Source: Ginkgo biloba (taxonomy: Eukaryota; Plantae; Ginkgophyta). From it: DNA of 17,370 nucleotides. Shown here piece by piece: positions 9,169 to 17,370 of the stretch (its first letter is position 1; each line of letters opens with the position of its first letter). Made by a program: the position numbers and the translations under genes. Location of the stretch: assembly GCA_024626585.2 (NCBI GenBank), contig JANKJI020000004.1, positions 149,305,705 through 149,323,074 on the forward strand, given 5' to 3'. The notes under the pieces are model-generated. The model had not been told where the DNA came from and did no database searches. It saw only the letters and a list, made by a program, of their open reading frames with translations.

Positions 9169-9420
9169 ATACCTCCATCAAGGCATGATGAGGTGATTAG
9201 GATTTTTAATAGGGACCTTGATTGAGGTCCTGATCTAACTAAGTTAGAAGTTTGATACATCTTCATTGAGGTATGTTGTCTCACTAAGTGGTCAAACTGG
9301 CACTTTTCCAAGCCTAATTCCATACATAGATTAAGGTATCACTTTAAATTTTTTAAGGACTTGATCAAGATATTCAAAGGACCTCAATTTAGGTGTCTAT
9401 GACACTGCGATCAAGGTGTT
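9169..9420. repeat. Array of seven decayed palindromes, consensus core ACCTCGATCGAGGT
   Basis: Units at 9169-9186, 9213-9230, 9257-9274, 9322-9339, 9357-9373, 9379-9396 and 9402-9419. Many differences fall at the two CpGs. Confidence 0.7.
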
Positions 9421-10563
9421 TCTTAGAAATTTACACCATGTTAGATTTTTCAAAAAAATGGTTAGGTGATCTTACGAATGACCTCAAATTATAAATTATA
9501 AGTGGAGGGAAATAATATTTTCACTTACCTTAATAAATATTTTAAGGTAATAATTTAAAGTTAAAACCTATTTGGTATGGTCCATTTTCTATCATAAACA
9601 AAATAGAGTATAATTCTTTTGGGTTTGATTTGCCATTATATGTTAAAATCCACGTAATTTTTAATGTTGATAAGTTGAAGGTCTATAAGACCACCACATT
9701 ATATGAAGAGGAAGGATATGATGAGGTGTTAACATCTCCATATGAAGAGTTTATCCTAATTAAAAATAAGTTGTTGGAAAAGATACCATATTGTAAATAA
9801 GGGTAAGAGTATTAAGGTAAGCTACTAATAAGTTGTACAAAGTTAACAGAGAAGGGAAGTTACCTCAAGTTAGTTAGTGGTATAGTGATAAATAAAATAC
9901 AAAATAAAATTNNNNNNNNNNNNNNNNNNNNNNNNNNNNNNNNNNNNNNNNNNNNNNNNNNNNNNNNNNNNNNNNNNNNNNNNNNNNNNNNNNNNNNNNN
10001 NNNNNNNNNNNATTGAGTACTTTCAAACCAAGAACTGAACTGAGGATGTGTCTGTTATACCGTGCCTTGATAGCTTTAAAATGTAACAGCAGCAAGAAAG
10101 CATTTTGTTAGGAGCTGCAAAGCTACAAATAAAAACCAAGAAGGATCATAAAACTCCCGTTTCAAACAGCCATAGAAGGGTAAGAAAGATTGTCCGTGTT
10201 CTGATTTGTATGTTTTCTGTGAGAGAGTGAACTAGCATGAAAGGGGAATTGAATAATGATAAATGCTTGTCATTTGGCCTATTCTATGGGCTAGTACAAA
10301 TACAAAAGAAGGGAATGACTTTTTTGGAGAGAAGAGCACATGTAGTTCATGGAGAGGAACAAAAGCGAAGCTTTGCATGGATAGCTGCTTGATGAATGTG
10401 TGTAGAAGGCTATTTGATTCTTTTCTTTTCTTTTCACAGTTACTGTTGGCCTATTCTACGGTCCGACTACTTCGCTTCTGTAGATTATGTTTTTGACAAT
10501 AGTGGTAGCAGATAATCTCAGACATCCTCTTAATCCTCTTAGCATTTGTAAATAATCCATTTA

Positions 10564-10700
10564 CTTGGACCTTTCTATGGGAAGCTGCTGATATGTAGCT
10601 GTGGTGCCAAAGCTACTGCATCTCTCTGTGGAACTGAGGTCCAAGAGTTATGACAGTTGTTCCCTCTCTTCTGGGCTAATTTGGAGGGAACGGCACATTA
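10564..10700 (+). ncRNA. Candidate structured ncRNA: long hairpin, second hairpin, then ACA (pre-miRNA-like or H/ACA-like)
   Basis: Hairpin 1 at 10564-10645 and hairpin 2 at 10656-10694, with ACA at 10695-10697. Folded by hand. No family recognised. Confidence 0.3.
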
Positions 10701-10908
10701 TAAGAGTCTGAACGCTTGCAATCCAAGGGATGTTAGGGTTGTGGATACCATCAATGGGAAACTATAGGTAGATCTGATGGGGTAATATTTTGAGTTTTTT
10801 TCCATGAGCTCATAACTATCAATTTACCAATATAGTTTTCTGTTATCAAATTCATTAACATATAGGATTTTATTGGTTAGTTGGATGTGTCTTTACCCAA
10901 ATTATCTT

Positions 10909-11203
10909 TGTGGAGGCCTGATAGCATAACGAGTCCAATATTCTCCCCAAATAGAAGGAAATATATCAGGAATAACTATGCAATGTCGAGCACACATCCT
11001 TCCACTAGTTCCATAAGATAGCAGTGGGAGCAAATCACAACTGNNNNNNNNNNNNNNNNNNNNNNNNNNNNNNNNNNNNNNNNNNNNNNNNNNNNNNNNN
11101 NNNNNNNNNNNNNNNNNNNNNNNNNNNNNNNNNNNNNNNNNNNGAGTCTGGGCCGACCGTGTCGGTGGAGCTTCGGCTGACCATGTCGGTTGCCCGTCCA
11201 ACA
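10909..11203. mobile_element. Possible LTR-element termini flanking a 100-N gap
   Basis: TGTGGAGG at the left and CGTCCAACA at the right form an imperfect inverted pair with TG...CA ends. The right end is CpG-rich, with a short repeat GCCGACCGTGTCGGT/GCTGACCATGTCGGT. The TSD is weak (TCTT/TCAT). Confidence 0.3.
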
Positions 11204-11970
11204 TCATTGTTACATTAGTTTATGCGCTTAGAAGGTGGATCAATCAACATATAAGAATAGATGCACAAAATATTCCAAGAAAATGTATTAGGGTTATTAC
11301 CAAGATGCATTTTTTTAAGAGGAGATTTTATGACTAAAGCAAGAAGTGGACGAGTCTCTAGAAGATTATATTATAATGCTTGAAATACTTGACTTGACAA
11401 TGTTTAAAGCATGAGCGCAAAGAGTTTACACTAAAGATGGTATTTTTGCCAAGCATAAACCCAAAAGTATGCATGTGGCTTGACATGATCTCTATACGGG
11501 AAGTCACATAAATCCCTCTTTAGAGAGTTAAAGAATTATGTCTATATTATTCTTGAGCATTGAAGAATTATGGAGGAAGGAAGTCAATGGAAGTAGTTAT
11601 ATTTTTATCCATTAATATTAGTAGGATTAGATTCACCTCGAAGGGAGTAAATAAGGTGAAGTTGATTGATTTATTAATAGATTTAAAGGAGGAAATACTT
11701 TTGTCTATAGTATCTCAATTAACTAATATAGAATTAAAAAGCAAGAAACCAAACTACCTACACATTGCAATCTACCAAAAAGATAACAAATATTGTCAAA
11801 ATACTTCAAAGCAATCTAATTAGCAACACAATGAGGATGACTATTTCTAAGCAAATTTATTTTAAATCTACCTATTTTGATTGGATTAGTCATGGCCATA
11901 GATATATCTTCACTTATTGAAAGGTGGGGATTGTTACTAGTTAAGCCACAAAATGGGTTGAATTTTAAAA

Positions 11971-12330
11971 TTGGTAGGACCTACTCATAATTGGTATATG
12001 GAGGTAGGTAAACAAAATTTATAAAAGAACTGAAGAAAATTATTAACTGAAACAAAAGACATATATGAATATCAAAAAAACACTTTTTCTATTTTCCCTA
12101 AGTTAAATAATCTTCAACAATAAAGGTATGAATCCATGAAGGACTATGCTATTTGTGTGAAAGGACTGATTAAGAAGCTTCATTCTAGAATTGTTGTAGT
12201 GTAGTAGATGGATTGGTTTATAGAAATAAATTTTCTCTTTACTTAGTTTCAACAAGGTGACTATGACACTTTGAAGAAGAATTCAAAGCTCAATTGGCAT
12301 CAAGAGCTTAAAATGTTGGAGAAACCTATA
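11971..12330 (+). mobile_element. Degenerate Ty3/gypsy gag (retrotransposon gag domain) remnant
   Basis: One frame from 11971: LVGPTHNWYMEVGKQNL*KN*RKLL...FPKLNNLQQ*RYESMKDYAICVKGLIKKLHSRIVVV**MDWFIE. It matches the recalled gag pattern L.G.A..WY...W..L...L..L.Q...ES..DY......L...L....WFI and has multiple stops. Confidence 0.65.
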
Positions 12331-14884
12331 GAATTAGTATCCATGGCAACAAAGATCTAAGATAATCACAACAAAATGACATCAAAGAGTGGCAAAGACA
12401 AAGAAGAGATATAGAAGGTGTCAAGGACATCGCCNNNNNNNNNNNNNNNNNNNNNNNNNNNNNNNNNNNNNNNNNNNNNNNNNNNNNNNNNNNNNNNNNN
12501 NNNNNNNNNNNNNNNNNNNNNNNNNNNNNNNNNNTTTTATTTTTTAGTCTTGATATGACCTTCATGATATTTGAAACTTATCTTTAGGGACAATTTACGG
12601 TAATGTTACGAGTTTAATTTTTCACCCCAAGTAGAGGTGATAAACTTAAGGAACTCTAATAAATGAGCCTGTAGGTTTCATAAGTGACATTAAAGGAATT
12701 TCATAACATTAAGTCAATAGAACCCACTATGTTTCACTACATTAGATTTGAGTTGTATCAAGCAGAAAGAAAAGGTGTGGGTTACTGTATTACACCCCAA
12801 GCCTAGTTGGTTTCTAATTCAAGGATATTATGTGTACCTCCAAGACTATATTACCTTTATTTTATATGGAATAACTCTTACTTATACTCATTTTAAATAC
12901 CTAATATAATAGAAAAGGAAAAAAGATGATTACTTACCTAATATTTTAAATACTTTAATCCATGAAGATATACTCATGAAAGTAAATTTATAATCCTATT
13001 ATATAAGACATAGTCATTTGAGTATGAGATAATTTATAACACAAGAAATTTTGAGCATCATATAAGTGCACTTATTATGATACACATGCATTGCCTTTTA
13101 TAACCACTAACACATGTTTGGAAGACACATCATAGGTTGTAGTCAAATCTTCTAATGATGACAAGAATTTATTTTTGTGGAAGAGAACTTTCCATGTCAA
13201 CAAATGTTATTTGTGCCTCTCACTATCAACCAAACACACATATAAAAATATTTACAAAGATTTATAAGGATATAAAATGACGTATATGATATGCCTGCAT
13301 GTATATAAGTGATTGTCATATTTTTTATCATTGTTTGATTGGCATGTCATTAATTTATTGGTGTCTCAACATTAATAGTGGGATATTGTGAATAAACATT
13401 TCTTTTCCTCAATAGGAAATATTAATACCATATTTGATACCATAGTGGCCTTCTATTATTTATTAAATAAGTAAGGTTAAGGATGGCAAGGCATAACATA
13501 TCTGTTTTATATTTAAAAGGATGACATTATTAGCATTTGCAAGTGTATTTTTGAATTAACTTAGTGGATCTAGATATTTACCATTTTTATTGAATAAATA
13601 ACTAATATTTCATGATTTAACATTATATTCGTTAAGTCTAGAAATTTAGAAGGATATGACTATGAAATCCACTCTCAAGACATATTGTATATAAGTCTTT
13701 AAGCAATAGAAGTGAGAGAAATATTATAGGGAGGGACTATGTAAATGTTACATGCCTTAGGCTCATTTTTTAATTAGAGTAACAAATGAATTTAGGACAT
13801 ATGCATAATAGATTTATTAATTATTATAAAAATCCATTAAAAGGATAAATGACCTTTGTTTCAAGTTTGAAAGAAAACATAGAAATGTGGTTCATGAGTG
13901 TGACTAACCTTCTAATACACTGAGTTCATAACTACTTATTTTACAACCAATGTCATTGAAATGTATGAATAATTGCACTCTTGTCGAGAATATATTATAG
14001 TATGTGGTATCCATGTATCTTCACTTGTATTATTTAAATGATATATCATTACATAACATAAGAAAATAATAGAATATAATTAAATATAGTGAAATTTTAA
14101 ATCCTTATAATTATTATTACATAAACTCAACCTCATTAGAATTTTAGATAATTATTAGACTACAATTTTATATCTCTTCAAAATTTCATATAGGTAGGGA
14201 CACATTACAACCAAATCATGGCCTTTGTTACTCACTATCATAGGTAGAGAACAAATGAAATATACTTTACCCCTATAGTGTTGTTAGTCAACTATAACAT
14301 ATCGACCTTAGTTTTTGCAATAACCAAATTTTTTCATAGGCCTCCTACCTTTATTAGAAATTTGTATGAAATTTTAAATATTTAAAGTTACTAATTAACC
14401 TTCAAGTTATAAAACCAAATGAAATGGTGTAATAGAATTCCCCTTTTTATTATTGAATTTCTTGAGCCAAAATATGCCTCTACCAATGCAAGGATTATAG
14501 TGTAAAATGATGCTACTATTTAGAAATAGGTGTCAATAATATAATATTTGAACACAACTAATATTATCTTAGTTAATAAAGGGATAAGTTCTATAAACTA
14601 AAAATGGTTGTTGTAACTTAAAAGCCAAATGTTAATATAAGATATATAAGAATAAAAAATAATTATAATGATTATTTACCTCTATTTTTTTTCTTTTTAA
14701 TTTTTTAAAGATAACTAAATCAAGTAACACCAAATTATATTTTAATACTAGTTTTTCTCTTAGTAAACTATGAATCATGCATTTNNNNNNNNNNNNNNNN
14801 NNNNNNNNNNNNNNNNNNNNNNNNNNNNNNNNNNNNNNNNNNNNNNNNNNNNNNNNNNNNNNNNNNNNNNNNNNNNNNNNNNNN

Positions 14885-15851
14885 AAAAAAAACCTTCTTT
14901 CCCTGGTCAATCATGCACCATGGGTTGGCAACTAAAGAATGCCTATCTCGGATGAGTGTTGGCTCTCCCAACTATTCTATATGTGGATGGCCTAAGATAA
15001 TCAAGCAACTCTTATGGTATTGCTTATGGATCAAACCTCTTTGGGGGTGGGTTCTTTTATTTACTACTACTATTAGTGGCAAAACCTTCGAGTGGGGGTT
15101 GACTTTATTGGGAGATATTTCCCCCTAGTTTGTAACCTTTAACATAGGATAGAAAATTCTTAGGGTGGAGGTCTAACACAAATTTAAAAAGTAAGAAATG
15201 AGGCTATTTTCAACTCCATGCCTAATGATTGTATATTTTATGTTATCATTTCTCGTATTCTTACTAATTGTACTGTATAAATTAAAGTCCAAGTTGATAA
15301 AGTTTAATTGGAACTGCAACATTTAATTAAGTTTATAGACCACTTGGGGTCAACCCCATGTGCCACTAGTAAGGTGCCCCCCAATTTGTCTCCATTCTAG
15401 CACAGAGTGTGCAACCATAGCTAGAGTAAGGGCTCTCGGAGCTCTAGGCTCCATAATGTGCATCACAACCCTTGGCCTCCTAGTAACATGCATTCTCCTC
15501 GACAATCCTACTTAGTAGGAAAGACCGGGGGCGAATGGGAGTTGGCACCCACTCTCAAACTTACTATCTCTCCTTGCAGGCCTCCACAAAAGAATGGTTG
15601 GGGAGATGGTAATGATGGAATGGCTCCATCTTTGTGAAGCTTTGATGCACATGCCTCTTTGTACCCTAATTTATTTCAGTGCTATGATAACATGCTTACG
15701 GTGTCTCTACACTAGTTTTGATGACGGCCTATATGCTAAGAGAAGACATGTCTTTTTCTATGTTGCTCGATTTTTATTGTAAAATGATGTAATTCTTTCC
15801 ATTTTATGAATAAAGAAAAAAAAATATGCAACAAAAAAAAAAGCCAAAAAA
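14885..15851 (+). mobile_element. 3' end of a degenerate L1-clade LINE: zf-RVT region of ORF2, 3' region and A-rich tail
   Basis: Frame from 14886: KKTFFPWSIMHHGLATKECLSRMSVGSPNYSICGWPKIIKQLLWYCLWIKPLW, a zf-RVT pattern with decayed Cys/His ligands. After a frameshift, I*KVRNEAIFN (15182-15214) matches the LINE IWK.RN..IF motif. AATAAA at 15809-15814 is followed by A-runs to about 15851. Confidence 0.8.
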
Positions 15852-16563
15852 TATTATTGAATATTTATTTTTCACAAAATATTTATCTGAACTAGAACTA
15901 AGTTTCTACTTTTAGAAAATATAATATTTTTGAAAAAATATAAAAATTTAGTATTTTTAAAATTTTGTACAAAGTTTAAAACAAAAAACTGAATATAACA
16001 TATCACTGTTATAATTAAAATAAATAAATATTTATAANNNNNNNNNNNNNNNNNNNNNNNNNNNNNNNNNNNNNNNNNNNNNNNNNNNNNNNNNNNNNNN
16101 NNNNNNNNNNNNNNNNNNNNNNNNNNNNNNNNNNNNNNNNNNNNNNNNNNNNNNNNNNNNNNNNNNNNNNNNNNNNNNNNNNNNNNNNNNNNNNNNNNNN
16201 NNNNNNNNNNNNNNNNNNNNNNNNNNNNNNNNNNNNNNNNNNNNNNNNNNNNNNNNNNNNNNNNNNNNNNNNNNNNNNNNNNNNNNNNNNNNNNNNNNNN
16301 NNNNNNNNNNNNNNNNNNNNNNNNNNNNNNNNNNNNNNNNNNNNNNNNNNNNNNNNNNNNNNNNTTAATAGAGGATAAAAATAATAAAAAAATATTTTCA
16401 TGATATAAACTCAATTTTTCAAATTTTATTTTCACACTCCAAAGCATGATTTTTAACGTAAATATATGTTTTATAGTCACCAACATTTACTTTACATATT
16501 TTCATCAAATTCATTGGCCTAAAAAAGGGTAAAATGTGGTACCATTAACGTGTTTTGACCCTT

Positions 16564-16591
16564 ACACATACACACACACACATATACACAC
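16564..16591. repeat. Imperfect (AC)n microsatellite
   Basis: Directly visible. Confidence 0.8.
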
Positions 16592-17139
16592 TTACTTTAG
16601 GGGGGACATATTAACTAAAGATTTGAATGTAATCCAATAAAGAATTCATAATTAACACAAGGTTTTAAAAAAGAAAATTAAATAGTATACCATCCGACAT
16701 TTATATAGAAATACATATTAGTTATTATAAGGCATTTAAAGTAATAAAATTGATATTTAAAGTAATAATAAAGTAATAACTAGACTTGTAAACTTGTGTT
16801 AACAAATTGAAATTTATCCTTACTAAAGCTCTTATAGGCGTAGAGAAGAAAGCATATATATCCTTAATAATGTGATGAAAAAATGTTGCTAAGTGGAATT
16901 CATAGTCACATAACCAATAATTAGTGTAAAAATTGGGTAAGAATCTAAGCCACCAATAAGAATTTTTTATTATTGAATTCATGTTACAAAGCTTGGACAG
17001 CTCGAAGCTTCCATAAACTTTCATAGTATTTTTCTTGTTGAGGAAGTAAACGGGAACCATGGACCATATGCTAGTATAATGGATAATATAAAGAATGAGG
17101 GTTGAGTGGACATTCTAGTAAACACCGTGTGTGGGTATA

Positions 17140-17370
17140 TTGGGAACGAGACTTACTCTCGTGTGATGACAAACATTAAAATAAACAAAGATCCTTGTGG
17201 ATATCCGACAACGCGCCTCTTTATGTATGCTGCTCTTTTGACTCTTTGACTCCTCTTTAGACCGAGACCGACTAACATTATTATGTGGATAATTGGAGAA
17301 CCGAAAGCAAAAACGATCATGTTTTGGTGGGGCAGGAAAACGACAAGTGCCCAAAGAATACACACATTCC
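17140..17370. promoter_or_regulatory. CpG-retaining segment with clustered plant cis-motifs; possible promoter of a gene outside the window
   Basis: CCGACA 17205-17210, ACGCGC 17211-17216, TTGACT at 17238 and 17246, ACCGAC 17267-17272. CpGs are retained, unlike the depleted flank. Confidence 0.25.

Noticed and set aside
9169-9420. CRISPR-like palindromic repeat-spacer look
   Set aside because: Eukaryotic context, highly degenerate repeats, irregular spacers and no cas genes.
10323-10340. TTTGGAGAGAAGAGCACA, reminiscent of recalled conifer miR1312 or the miR156/529 families
   Set aside because: Only a short purine-rich match from memory, with no clean star arm.
12535-14784. AT-rich region checked for CACTA or other transposase remnants
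   Set aside because: No motif could be supported by eye. Probably old TE debris; needs RepeatMasker or BLASTX.
16725-17365. Minus-strand ORFs of 70-111 aa
   Set aside because: Overlapping frames with no recognisable domain; the longest mirrors AT-rich composition. Likely spurious.

Overview
Eukaryotic land-plant genomic DNA. It is AT-rich, CpG-depleted and full of decayed transposons; a large gymnosperm-like genome is my inference, not something the sequence proves. The scaffold is fragmented, with N gaps at 2801-2810, 3051-3081, 3305-3365, 4127-5076, 6487-6586, 6856-6878, 8488-8581, 9912-10011, 11044-11143, 12435-12534, 14785-14884 and 16038-16364. Five gaps are exactly 100 N, so their true size is probably unknown. 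The only host gene is the 3' part of a + strand, GT-AG spliced plant O-fucosyltransferase (O-FucT/DUF246, OFUT27/EDA30 clade), with exons between 5320 and 7748. It is not one clean gene but a mosaic of two diverged paralogous copies. Copy A supplies intron sequence up to 3050 and exons from 6587 on. Copy B (3082-6276) re-duplicates about 400 bp of intron and 120 bp of exon at 74-78% identity, carries a copy-specific LTR insertion (3393-5172), and is cut mid-exon by a hAT transposase fragment. The rest is decayed TEs (Ty3/gypsy gag, an L1 LINE 3' end, LTR-like pieces), microsatellites, an array of decayed palindromes and a candidate structured ncRNA at 10564-10700. No prokaryotic features or CRISPR arrays were seen.
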